NCBI GenBank assembly: GCA_041483455.1
Contig: JBGPFS010000001.1
Span: 1-43,367, forward strand
Direction of reading: 5' to 3'
Length of the DNA: 43,367 bases
Origin: Candidatus Limnocylindria bacterium
GTDB lineage: Bacteria; Chloroflexota; Limnocylindria; Limnocylindrales; CSP1-4
The position numbers and the translations under genes were made by a program. The notes beneath the pieces were generated by a model. The model did no database searches. It saw nothing but the letters and a program-made list of their open reading frames with translations, and was not told the DNA's origin. Positions within the stretch are counted from its first letter, which is position 1. The number at the start of each line of letters is the position of its first letter. This document shows, piece by piece, positions 25,439 through 34,900 of the stretch.

Positions 25439-25445
25439 GGACGGG

Positions 25446-25454
25446 ATTATCGCA
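25446..25454 (-). promoter_or_regulatory. Putative extended -10 promoter TGcGATAAT, 7 nt upstream of an in-frame rlmN GTG (leaderless candidate)
   Basis: Minus strand reads aTGcGATAATc-ccgtcc-GTG. The 11-mer ATGCGATAATC is identical to the one at 15349..15359. Confidence 0.4.
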
Positions 25455-25470
25455 TCCGCCGCTGGCACGT

Positions 25471-25530
25471 CCACGCTGGGCCCGGCCACCGTCGGCCCGG
25501 CCACGCTGGGCCCGGCCCCGGTCCGTCCGG
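25471..25530. repeat. 15-bp tandem repeat (about 4 units) in the fmt-rlmN spacer
   Basis: ccacgctgggcccgg / ccaccgtcggcccgg / ccacgctgggcccgg / ccccggtccgtccgg. Units 1 and 3 are identical. The array lies immediately upstream of the putative rlmN -10 box. Confidence 0.6.
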
Positions 25531-25542
25531 GTCGCCCGGGCC

Positions 25543-26562
25543 TCAGACGATCCGCGTCCCGACCAGCCCGGGTCGACCCCGTCGGAGCTCCGCGCCGCTC
25601 ATCGCCCGGCCGCCGGCCGGGCGGACGTCGAGCAGCCGGAGTCGGCCGGCCAGCGCGACCAGCGCGAGACCCTCCCCGTCCGCGACGAGCGTCCCGGGCG
25701 CCGCCTGCGCGGTCGCGGCGGTGGGCGCCGGATCCGCGACCGCCACCCGGAGGATCGCCAGGCGACCGGCGGCGGTCTCCACGAACGTGCCCGGCCACGG
25801 CTGGTAGGCCCGGACGGCGCGCTCGAGCTCGACCGCCGACCTGTGGATCGGATCCAGCCGGCCGTCAGCCCGGTGGAGCGGCCGCGTCAGCGTGGCGCCG
25901 GCGTCCGGTTGCGGTGTCGTCGGGAGGGCGCCGCTGAGCCAGCCCGGCAGGGAACGCCGGAGCAGGTCCGCGGCCGCTCCGGCCGCTCGCTCCTCGAGCT
26001 GCGGCGCCGTCTCGGTCCCGGCCAGGCGCCACGCCTCCGACGCGACGACCGCCCCGGTATCGAGCCCGGCATCCATCCGGATCAGGCTCACCCCGGCCCG
26101 TTCGTCGCCGGCCAGGATCGTCGCCTGGATCGGCGTCGCCCCGCGATGCCGTGGCAGGAGCGACGGATGCAGGTTGAGGATCCCGTGCTCGGGCAGGTCG
26201 AGGATCTCCGGTGGGACGATCCGTCCGTAGTCGGCGAGGACCCCGAGCGCGAAGGCCAGCCCGCCGATCGCGGCGAGGGTCTCCGGAGCGCGGAGCCGGG
26301 TCGGCTGGAGCACCTGGAGCCCCAGGGAGCGCGCGCTGGCGACCACCGGCACGGCGACGAGCTCGCGATGCCGGCCCGCAGGCCGATCCGGCGCGGTCAC
26401 GACCGCCACGAGCTCGACCTCGGGCGCTCCGGCGAGGGCCGCGAGGACCGGCACGGCGAACCCGCCGCTGCCGAAGAAGACGGTCCGGACGGGCCGACCG
26501 GCGGGACCCGGCTCGTGCGCCGGGTCAGGCGAGGGCGTGGGCCGCCTCGCGGACGGCTTCAT
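25543..26562 (-). CDS. fmt: Methionyl-tRNA formyltransferase
   Basis: VRTVFFGSGGFAVPVLAAL...ADYGRIVPPEILDLPEHGILNLHPSLLPRHRGATPIQATILAGDERAGVSLIRMDAGLDTGAV is canonical Fmt. The nearest canonical start is ATG 26562, which overlaps the def 3' end by 38 nt, so the start is uncertain. Confidence 0.9.
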   Translation of the reverse strand: MKPSARRPTPSPDPAHEPGPAGRPVRTVFFGSGGFAVPVLAALAGAPEVELVAVVTAPDRPAGRHRELVAVPVVASARSLGLQVLQPTRLRAPETLAAIGGLAFALGVLADYGRIVPPEILDLPEHGILNLHPSLLPRHRGATPIQATILAGDERAGVSLIRMDAGLDTGAVVASEAWRLAGTETAPQLEERAAGAAADLLRRSLPGWLSGALPTTPQPDAGATLTRPLHRADGRLDPIHRSAVELERAVRAYQPWPGTFVETAAGRLAILRVAVADPAPTAATAQAAPGTLVADGEGLALVALAGRLRLLDVRPAGGRAMSGAELRRGRPGLVGTRIV

Positions 26563-27046
26563 CGCCGTCGTCCCCGTCACCCGCGCCGACCGCGATGAGC
26601 TCGTCGAGCGAGTCGAGGTAGTCGATGTAGAGCTTCCCGTCGAGGTGGTCGAGCTCGTGCTGGAGGGCCCGGCCGAGCAGCCCGGAGCCCGCGACCCGGA
26701 ACTTCTTCCCGCGCCGATCCTGGGCCACCACCCAGACCCGCTCCCGGCGGGTCACGTAGGCCACGTAGCCCGGGATGGACAGACAGCCCTCCAGGTCCCT
26801 GTCGTCGCCGGTCGAGCGGGCGATCGTCGGATTGACCAGCTCATACAGCCGGCCCTCCACTTCGATGACGCAGGCCCGCTGCGCTTCGCCGAGCTGGGGG
26901 GCCGCCAGGCCGACGCCGGGTGCGTGACGCATCGTGTCGGCCAGGTCGTCGAGGAGCTCGTGGAGGTACTTCCCGAAGCTGTCGACGGGCTCGCCCCGCA
27001 GACGCAGGCGAGGGTCGCCCAGGAGGGCGATCGGTTTGACGCTCAT
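26525..27046 (-). CDS. def: Peptide deformylase
   Basis: Motifs GVGLAAPQ, EGCLSIPG and QHELDHLDG are all present. Confidence 0.96.
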   Translation of the reverse strand: MSVKPIALLGDPRLRLRGEPVDSFGKYLHELLDDLADTMRHAPGVGLAAPQLGEAQRACVIEVEGRLYELVNPTIARSTGDDRDLEGCLSIPGYVAYVTRRERVWVVAQDRRGKKFRVAGSGLLGRALQHELDHLDGKLYIDYLDSLDELIAVGAGDGDDGDEAVREAAHALA

Positions 27047-27054
27047 GGCCGCGA

Positions 27055-27060
27055 AGTATA
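27055..27060 (-). promoter_or_regulatory. Putative -10 box TATACT, 8 nt upstream of the def ATG (leaderless candidate)
   Basis: Minus strand reads cttcgcTATACT-tcgcggcc-ATG, in the 37-nt priA-def spacer. Confidence 0.35.
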
Positions 27061-27083
27061 GCGAAGGCGCCCGGCGGGGCCGC

Positions 27084-29684
27084 TCACATGAGCGACTCCG
27101 GGTCGACGTCGACCGACCAGGGTGGATCGACGCTCCCGTCGAGGACGACGGTCGGGTCGGCGCCCCGGAGGACGACGTTCCAGCGCCAGCGGCCGGCCCG
27201 TCGGCGGATGAACGCCGGCGCCGGACCGACGACCTCGACGGCGAGGCCGCGCTCGCGCGCCCGGTCCCGGAGCCGGGCGGCCATCGTCCGGGCGTCGCGT
27301 TCGGCCAGCTCGGGATCCGGCAGCCCGATCGTCAGCTTGACGAGCCGGCCGAAGGGCGGCGATCCGAACCGCTGGCGGGCGGCCAGCTCGGCGTCGTAGA
27401 AGGCTCGGGGATCGTGCCTGACCACCGCCTGGATCGCCGGATGGCCGGGCTGGTAGCTCTGGATGATCGCCCGTCCGGGGAGCTCTCCCCGGCCGGCCCG
27501 ACCGACCGCCTGGGCGAGGAGCTGGTAGGTCCGCTCGGCCGCCCGCTCGTCGGGCAGGTTGAGGGCGATGTCGGCGCTCACGACGCCGACCAGCGTCACC
27601 TCGGGGATATCGAGGCCCTTCGTCACGAGACTCGTTCCGACGAGGACGTCGAGCCGGCCGTCCGCGAACGCATCGAGGACGCGCTCGGCGGCCCCCTTAC
27701 GCTCGACGACGTCACGATCGAGGCGTCCGACCCGGAGGCGCGGGAAGCGCTCGCGGACCTCGCGCTCGACCCGCTCGGTGCCGCCACCGAGGTACCGGAT
27801 CCGGGGCGAGCCGCAGGCGGGGCAGCGGCTCGCGAGCGGGCTGGCGGTTCCGCAGTGATGGCAGCGGAGCGTCATGCCGGCCTGGTGGAAGACGAGCGGC
27901 CGCTCGCACTCGGGGCAGGCCTGGACGGCCCCGCAGTCGCGGCACAGGACGACCGACGCGCTCCCGCGCCGGTTGATGGCGAGGATGGCCCGCTCGCCGG
28001 CGTCCGTGTCGAGCGCCTCGAGGGCCGCCGCGAGATCGACCGAGAGCAGCCCGCGATTGCCGGCCGCGAGCTCCGCCCGCAGGTCGACGACCTCCACGAC
28101 GGGCGGGGCTCCCGACGGACGATCCGGCAGCTCGACCCGGCGGTAGGCGCCGGCCCGGACCCGGCCGACCGTCTCGACGGCCGGGGTCGCGCTGCCGAGC
28201 ACCGCTGCAGCGCCCGCCAGGCGCGCCAGCTCGAGGGCCGCGTCGCGCGCCTGGAAACGCGGCGTCCGATCGCTCTTGTAGGTCGCTTCGTGCTCCTCGT
28301 CGACGATCACGAGGCCCAGGTCGGCCAGCGGGGCCAGGACCGCCAGCCGGGTCCCGACCACGATCTCGGCCTCGCCCGCCCGGATCCGGCGCCACTCGTC
28401 GGCGCGCTCGCCCTCGCCGAGCGCCGAGTGGACGAGCGCCACGCTCGCACCGAGCGCGGACCGGAGTCGATCGACGAGCGGGATCGCCAGCGCGATCTCC
28501 GGCACCAGGACCAGGGCGGGCCGACCGGCCTCGAGGCAGGCCGCGATCGCTTCGGCGTAGACGGCGGTCTTCCCGCCGCCGGTGACGCCGTCGAGCAGGA
28601 GTGGGGTCGGGTCGCGAGCCTCGATGGCCGAGCGGATGCGGCCGACGGCGTCGGCCTGCGGGCCGGAGAGCGTCGAACGATCCGGGCGCGCCCCACGCCG
28701 GCCGACCGGCCGGTTCGCCAGCGGTCGGCGCGGTCGCTCGCGACTGTCGAGCACGAGGAGGCCGCGTCGGACGAGCCCCGCCAGGGCGCCGCTGCCGTGC
28801 CGGCCCGCGAGCTCCGCGGCCGACGCGTCGGCCGAAGCGTCCTCCTCAGGCGCACCGCCCAGGAGCTCCTCGAGCAGCGCAGCCTGGCGCGGACCGAGTG
28901 GTCGGCCGTCCGGCCGGCCGTCCGCAGCGAGCAGGCGGGCCGCGGCCCGGCCGGCGTCCGTCAGTCGGGCCCGACGTTCATAGCGCGGCCCGCCGGCCGC
29001 CCCGGTGAGCGTCCAGTCGAGATCGATCCGGCCGGCCGCCGCAAGGGCGCGGAGACGCCGGAGGAGCCCGGCCCGCCCCTCGGTCGCCGGCAGGTCGCGA
29101 ACGGAAGTCGGTCCCGCCGCGAGCGCATCGAGGAGGAGCCGATCGGCCTCGGACGGGCCGTCGCCCGGGGATCGCCCGGCGGCGCGCGGATGGCGATCGC
29201 CCGGATCGGCGGCGGCCTGGTCGGCGCCGGTGGGCGTCTCGAAGTCGCCGAACCCGGGCCGCACCTCGGCGACGAGCTCGAGCCGCTCGAGCATCCGGGG
29301 GGGCAACATCGCGCGGACCACGAGCGCGGGCGGCGCGAGATAGTGCCCGGCGATCCAGCGGGCCAGCCGGAGACCGAGGGGCGGGAGGAGCGGCCCGTCC
29401 GCCCGGACCCGCTCGGCGATCGGCTTGACCGCGAAGCCGGCGCCCGGTCGATCCACGGCTTCGCCCAGGATCACGCCGAGGGCCTGCCGTCGTCCGTACT
29501 CGACCAGGACCGCCTCGCCCGGCTCGAGGTCCGCCAGCCGGTCCGGGACGGCGTACGTGTACGCCCGGGCACCGCCGGCGCCCGCCGCGTCGATCGCGAC
29601 GTCGACCAACCGGTCCGACCGCTCGGCACCCGGGGCGCCGAGCTCGAGTCGCGGCGGCTCGGGGCGGAGTTCGGGCCTGGTCAT
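27084..29684 (-). CDS. priA: Primosomal replication restart helicase PriA
   Basis: MTRPELRP...VDVAIDAAG...YTYAVP; helicase motifs LLDGVTGGGKTAVY and VIVDEEHE; Cys-rich zinc region CRDCGAVQACPECERPLVFH...LRCHHCG...CPACGS. ATG at 29684. Upstream track codons overlap gmk and rluD. Confidence 0.93.
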   Translation of the reverse strand: MTRPELRPEPPRLELGAPGAERSDRLVDVAIDAAGAGGARAYTYAVPDRLADLEPGEAVLVEYGRRQALGVILGEAVDRPGAGFAVKPIAERVRADGPLLPPLGLRLARWIAGHYLAPPALVVRAMLPPRMLERLELVAEVRPGFGDFETPTGADQAAADPGDRHPRAAGRSPGDGPSEADRLLLDALAAGPTSVRDLPATEGRAGLLRRLRALAAAGRIDLDWTLTGAAGGPRYERRARLTDAGRAAARLLAADGRPDGRPLGPRQAALLEELLGGAPEEDASADASAAELAGRHGSGALAGLVRRGLLVLDSRERPRRPLANRPVGRRGARPDRSTLSGPQADAVGRIRSAIEARDPTPLLLDGVTGGGKTAVYAEAIAACLEAGRPALVLVPEIALAIPLVDRLRSALGASVALVHSALGEGERADEWRRIRAGEAEIVVGTRLAVLAPLADLGLVIVDEEHEATYKSDRTPRFQARDAALELARLAGAAAVLGSATPAVETVGRVRAGAYRRVELPDRPSGAPPVVEVVDLRAELAAGNRGLLSVDLAAALEALDTDAGERAILAINRRGSASVVLCRDCGAVQACPECERPLVFHQAGMTLRCHHCGTASPLASRCPACGSPRIRYLGGGTERVEREVRERFPRLRVGRLDRDVVERKGAAERVLDAFADGRLDVLVGTSLVTKGLDIPEVTLVGVVSADIALNLPDERAAERTYQLLAQAVGRAGRGELPGRAIIQSYQPGHPAIQAVVRHDPRAFYDAELAARQRFGSPPFGRLVKLTIGLPDPELAERDARTMAARLRDRARERGLAVEVVGPAPAFIRRRAGRWRWNVVLRGADPTVVLDGSVDPPWSVDVDPESLM

Positions 29685-29731
29685 GCGCCCATTCTCACCC
29701 GCTCGCCACCCCGGCGTGGCCGCGGGGCGGA

Positions 29732-30436
29732 TCAGACCCGGACGCGCCGGCGCGGGTGCCTGGCGCGCTCGAGCGCGATGATCTCGTCGATCCGGGCCGC
29801 CGTGCGTTCGACCTGGCCATCCTCGTTGACGACCACGTGGTCGTAGTCGCCCTGGCGGGCCAGCTCGATCGCCGCGTTCCGCTGGCGCAGCTCGAGCTCC
29901 TCGACCGTCTCGGTCGCCCGGGAGCGCAGCCGGGCGAAGAGCGCCTCGAGCGAGGGCGGCACGATGAACACGAGCAGGGCGTCGGGGACGTTCTCCTTGA
30001 CCACCTGGGCGCCCTGGACGTCGATCTTCAGGATCACGTCGTGACCCTCGGCCAGCGCCCAGCGGACCTCGGCCCTGGGGGTGCCATACCAGTTCCCGTG
30101 GACCTCGTTCGCCTCGAGCAGACCGCCCGCCTCGCGCAACGCGGCGAACCGGTCCCGGTCGAGGAAGTGGTAGCTCCAGCCGTCCACCTCGCCCGCTCGC
30201 GGCGCCCGCGTCGTGCAGGTGACGACGTAGTGGTAGTCGGGGTCGCGCGGACGGCGCCGAAGGACCTCGAGGATCGCGTCCTTGCCCACGCCCGACGGTC
30301 CGGACACGATCACGAGCATCGCGCCGGGCGCCCCCTTCACCGGCGGGCCCCCGAGCGGCTCCCCGGATGCGGCCGGCACCGGCCGGGCCCGGTCCGGGCC
30401 GAGCGCCGGCCGATCCGCGGGTCGCGGTCGGCTCAC
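29732..30436 (-). CDS. gmk: Guanylate kinase
   Basis: MLVIVSGPSGVGKDAI...TTRAPRAGEVDGWSYHF...LLEANEVHGNWYGT...ILKIDVQGA. The start is either GTG 30436 (GTGA overlap with the rluD stop, giving a 39-aa Pro-rich leader) or ATG 30319, directly before the P-loop. Confidence 0.9.
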   Translation of the reverse strand: MSRPRPADRPALGPDRARPVPAASGEPLGGPPVKGAPGAMLVIVSGPSGVGKDAILEVLRRRPRDPDYHYVVTCTTRAPRAGEVDGWSYHFLDRDRFAALREAGGLLEANEVHGNWYGTPRAEVRWALAEGHDVILKIDVQGAQVVKENVPDALLVFIVPPSLEALFARLRSRATETVEELELRQRNAAIELARQGDYDHVVVNEDGQVERTAARIDEIIALERARHPRRRVRV

Positions 30437-31416
30437 GACCCGCCCACCGGCTCCACGCCTCGATCCCCGGCCCGCAGCCGCTCGAGGACCGCCTCGAGCT
30501 CGGGCGGGAGCGGCGCGCTCGCTCGGACGAGCGCGCCCGTCGTGGGCGAGGTGAACTCGAGCCGCCAGGCATGCAGGAAGAGTCGACCGAGACCGTCCGG
30601 ACCGCGGCGCGACGTCCCCGTCCCGTAGACCGGGTCGCCGGCCACGCCGTGCCCGATCGCCTCGAGGTGGACCCGGATCTGGTGGGTGCGACCGGTGATG
30701 AGATCGAGCTCGAGGAGCGTCCAGCCCGCGAACCGCTCGCGGACCCGGTAGCCGGTCACGCTCTCGCGACCGTCCGCCACCACCGCCATCCTCGTCCGCT
30801 GGCGCGGGTTCCGGCCGATCGGCGCCTCGATCCTGCCCACGGCGGCGGCGACCGTCCCGAGCACGAGGGCGAGGTACGTCTTCTTCACCCGGCGGGCCTT
30901 GAACTGGGCCATCAGCCCGGCCTGAGCGACGTCGTTCTTGGCCACCATCAGGAGCCCGCTCGTGTCCCGGTCGAGACGGTGGACGATCCCCGGTCGCCGG
31001 ACCCCCGCGATCCCGCCGTACTCCGCGCCGCCGGCCCGCCCGAGCAGGGCGTGCACGAGCGTGCCCGTGTCGTGGCCGGGCGAGGGATGGACGACCAGGC
31101 CGGCCGGCTTGTCGATCACGAGGACGTCGTCATCCTCGTAGACGACCGCGAGCGGGATCGCCTCGCCGACGATGTCGAGCGCGATCGTCGGAGGGATGTC
31201 GATCACCACTCGATCGCCGGGCAGCACGATCGCATTGGCCTTGAGCGCCGCGCCCTCCCGGGTGAGCCGGCCTTCGGAGATCAGCTTCTGGACATGACTT
31301 CGCGACAGCCCCGAGGCATCCGCGACGAACCGGTCGACCCGGCGCGCCTCGCCGTCGTCCGGGACGACGAACGTGCGCGGCCCGGCGACCGGCGCGCTGG
31401 CCGAGGCGTCAGCCAT
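30433..31416 (-). CDS. rluD: RluA-family 23S rRNA pseudouridine synthase (RluD-like)
   Basis: N-terminal S4 domain (RVDRFVADASGLSRSHVQKLISEGRL), catalytic HRLDRDTSGLLMVAKN, and GRTHQIRVHL. Confidence 0.93.
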   Translation of the reverse strand: MADASASAPVAGPRTFVVPDDGEARRVDRFVADASGLSRSHVQKLISEGRLTREGAALKANAIVLPGDRVVIDIPPTIALDIVGEAIPLAVVYEDDDVLVIDKPAGLVVHPSPGHDTGTLVHALLGRAGGAEYGGIAGVRRPGIVHRLDRDTSGLLMVAKNDVAQAGLMAQFKARRVKKTYLALVLGTVAAAVGRIEAPIGRNPRQRTRMAVVADGRESVTGYRVRERFAGWTLLELDLITGRTHQIRVHLEAIGHGVAGDPVYGTGTSRRGPDGLGRLFLHAWRLEFTSPTTGALVRASAPLPPELEAVLERLRAGDRGVEPVGGS

Positions 31417-31951
31417 CGGTCGACCGCCTCGCGAGCGACGGACGGAAGGCCAGCAGGAGGAGCAGCAGGAGTGCGACGTCGATCGACGCGTCGCTCACGT
31501 TGTAGGTCCAGAACCGGAGGGCGCCGATGCCCATGTCCACGAAGTCGACGACGTAGCCCAGCCGGACCCGGTCGATGAGGTTCCCGCAGGCACCCCCGAG
31601 CAAGAGCCCCAGGGCGAAGCTGAGGACCAGGCTCCGCCCCGATCGGGCGTGGTAGCCGACGATGAGCGCCATCACCCCGAGGCTGGCGGCCGCGAAGATG
31701 GGCGCGGAGGCTCCGAACAGGCCGAACAGCGCCCCGGTGTTCCTCGACACGACGAGCCGGAGGAGGTCGCCGAGCAGGCTGATCGAGCCGCCCGGCGGCA
31801 CGTTCGCCACGACCCAGGCCTTGGTGAGCTGATCGACGATGACGATCCCGGCGGCCAGGGCGAGGAAGAGGGCCCAGGCCGGTCGCGGCCGGTCGCGGCC
31901 GAGGGCCGCCGGTCCAGCCTCGGTCATCGGAGGTCCGCCGCCGGTCGCCAC
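31409..31951 (-). CDS. lspA: Lipoprotein signal peptidase II
   Basis: IVIVDQLTKAWV...VSRNTGALFG...GGACGNLIDRVRLGYVVDFVD...FNVSDASI-like blocks with 4 TM segments. The start is GTG 31951 or ATG 31927. Confidence 0.9.
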   Translation of the reverse strand: MATGGGPPMTEAGPAALGRDRPRPAWALFLALAAGIVIVDQLTKAWVVANVPPGGSISLLGDLLRLVVSRNTGALFGLFGASAPIFAAASLGVMALIVGYHARSGRSLVLSFALGLLLGGACGNLIDRVRLGYVVDFVDMGIGALRFWTYNVSDASIDVALLLLLLLAFRPSLARRSTDG

Positions 31952-31954
31952 TGC

Positions 31955-34900
31955 CTAGCGATCGCCAGAACGGCGACGCAGGACGACCGCGACCGGGCCG
32001 GCGTCGAGCTCGACGATCGAGGAGGCCGTCCGGCCTGCGCCCGCTCCGGCGCCGATCCCGTCGGCCAGGACCTCGGCCGCGACCGCGTCGAGGTACGGCG
32101 CCAGGGCCGCCGGGAGCGGGTCGAGCCAGACCTCGATCCGCTCGTCGAGCTCGAGCTCCGCCTCGCGGCGCAAGTCCTGGATCGCCCGCTGGAGCTCCCG
32201 CGCGTCGCCTTCGGCCCGCAGCTCGGGGGTGATCTCCGTGTCGATGACCACGACGAGACCCTCGTCGTGCGCCACCGCGGTCCCCGGCCGCGGCGTGGCC
32301 AGGATCTCCACCTCGTCGGCCCCGAGCGTGACCCCCGCCAGGGTCACCCGGCCGTCCGGAAGGATCTCGAACCGACCCTCCCGGGCGGCCGACATCAGCG
32401 CCGGGATCGCGGCCCCGAGCCGCTTCCCGACCCGCGGCAGGAGCAGCTTCACCCGCCGCTCCACCAGGTCGGACTCGTCGTCGATCAGCTCGACGGCCTT
32501 GACGTTCAGCTCCTCGGCGATGAGCTCGAGCAGCGCCTCGCGCTCGAGGAGCGATCCGCCGGGCAGCGCGATCCACAGGCGGGCGATGGGCTGGCGGACC
32601 TTCAGGCCGGCCGCGCTGCGCAGCGTGCGGGCCAGCTCCACCGCCCGGCGAGCGGTCGCCATCGCCGTCTCGAGCGCGGGATCGCGGTGGGCCGCGAGCT
32701 CGGCGGCCGGCCAGCGCGAGAGGTGGATGCTGTCCGGGGCGGACGGGTCCTGGGCCGCGACCAGGTTGTCCCAGATCCCGTCCGTGAGGAACGGCAGGAT
32801 CGGCGCCATCGTCTGGACGAGGCCCACCAGCGCCTCGTGGAGCGTCGCGAAGGCTCCATCGCGGTCGGTCGGGTCGTCCGAGCGCGAGAACCGCTTGCGC
32901 GACCGGCGCAGGTACCAGGTCGAGAGGTCGTCGATCGCTTCCTCGATCGCCCGGCTGGCCCCGTAGGCGTCGTACGCACGCAGCCGTTCCTCGGCCCGCC
33001 CCGCAGTGCCCGCGATCCGGGACAGGATCCAGCGGTCCATCGGCGGGCGGCTGGCGGGTGGCGGGGCGCTCGACCCGGACGGGGTCCAGCCGACGAGCCG
33101 GGCGTAGGTCGCGAAGAAGCTGTAGACGTTCCACAGGATCAGCAGCCGCCGGCGCGCCTCGTCAGCGGCCTGCCACCCGAAGAGGATGTTGTCCTCCGGT
33201 CGGGCGCTCGCGAACATCCAGCGCATGACGTCGACGCCCATCCGCTCGGCAGCTTCGTCGAACTCGATCGCGTTGCCCGAGCTCTTGTGCATCGGCCGGC
33301 CGTCCTCGGCGAGGAGCGTGGCGTAGCCGAAGATCGTGCGATACGGCGCGTGCCGCCCGAGGACCGTCGACATCGCGAGCATCGCGTAGAACCAGTTTCG
33401 GAACTGGCCGGGAAAGCTCTCGGTGATGAAATCGGCCGGGAACCACTTCGCCCAGTAGGCCGGATCCTCGCGCTGGTGGAGCGTCGAGAAGGGCACGATC
33501 CCGGCGTCGAGCCACACATTGCCGACATCGGGGATCCGGGCGACCTGGGCGCCACAGTCCGGGCAGGCGATCCGGACCGCGTCGACGTGCGGACGGTGCG
33601 GGGTATGACCCTCGAACTCCGCCCAACCGGCGACCGCCCGCTCACGCAGCTCCTCCCGGCCGCCGACGACGGTGACCGTCCCGCAGGCCGCACAGTCGTA
33701 GATCGGCAGCGCCAGGCCCCAGTAGCGCTTCTTGGAGATCATCCAGTCGTGCATGTTCAGGAGCCAGTCCAGCTCCCGCTCGTAGCCGAAGTCGGGGATC
33801 CAGTCGATCTCGTCGACCACGTCCATGATCTGGTAGCGGAGGCTGCGCTCGACCTCGTCCGCGGAGAGCTCCGCCCGGGGCCGGTCGTAGACCTCGCCCA
33901 TGCTGATGTACCACTCGTCGACGAGCCGGAAGACGAGCGGCGTGCCGCAACGCCAGCAATGCGGATAGCGGTGGTTGACCGTCTCGAGCCGGTAGAAGCG
34001 ATGCTCGTGCTTCAGGCGCTCGACGATCGGCTCGGCGACATCGCGGACGTCGCGTCCGGTGTACGGCCCGAAGCCTTCGACGAAGATCCCCGATTCGTCG
34101 AGCGGCGCGAGCACCGGCAGGCCGAGCGCCCGGCCGAGCGCGAAATCCTCGGCGCCGCAGCCAGGCGCGATGTGGACGATGCCCGTGCCCTCCTCCTCGC
34201 CGACCTCGGTCCAGGCCACGACCCGGTGCTGGTAGGCCGGCCGCCCGTCGCTCGCCGCGAACGCGGCCCGGACGGCGGCCAGATCGTCGAACGGGCCCTC
34301 GTAGCGCCAGCCGACGAGATCCGTGCCGGGTCGCTCCTCGAGGACCTCGAACGGCCCGTGGCCGGCGACGTCGAGGGCCGCCTTGAGCGTCCCCTTGCCG
34401 AGCCAGTAGAGCGCCGTGCCCTGCCGGACCTTGACGTAGGTGAGCTTCTCCCCCACCGCCGCCGCGACGTTCGAGGTCAGGGTCCAGGGTGTGGTCGTCC
34501 AGACGAGGAGCGACTCGCCCGGGCGGTCGATGAGCGGGAGGCGGAGGGTCAGGCCGGGGTCCTCGCGATCCCGGTAGCCCTCGGTCATCTCGGTCTGGCT
34601 CAGCCCCGTCCCACAGCGGGCGCACCAGGGCATGGTGTCGTGGCCCTTGTAGAGCCAGCCGCGCCGATGGCACTCCGCGAGGAAGCCCCAGATGAGGTCG
34701 TTGTTCTCGTTGCTGAAGGTGAAGTACGAACCGCCGACCTCGGGCATCCCGAGCCGCCCGACGAGCATCTCCACGCTGTCGGTCACCGGCCCATCCGGCC
34801 CCTCGATCGTCGCGACCTGGGCCGGGTCGGCCGCGAGCAGGTCGCGCAGCCGGCGCAGCTCGTCGGGGTCGTTCCAGTCCATCCACATCCCGAGCCGGAT

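Noticed and set aside
25471-25530. CRISPR-like or minisatellite array.
   Set aside because: There are only about 4 contiguous 15-bp units with no spacers, and other repeats in the window are in-frame codon duplications. No cas genes are present.
26525-26562. Programmed frameshift or fusion between def and fmt, suggested by the 38-nt overlap.
   Set aside because: The overlap follows only from choosing the nearest canonical ATG for fmt. The overlapping fmt codons are low-complexity and unconserved. An uncertain start is the simpler explanation.
29685-29731. Leaderless promoter for priA (GAGAAT 6 nt upstream of the ATG).
   Set aside because: The hexamer starts with G, not T, so it does not fit TANNNT. 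The TG in the preceding bases is not correctly spaced for an extended -10. Read-through from gmk is equally plausible. The evidence is too weak to list as a feature.
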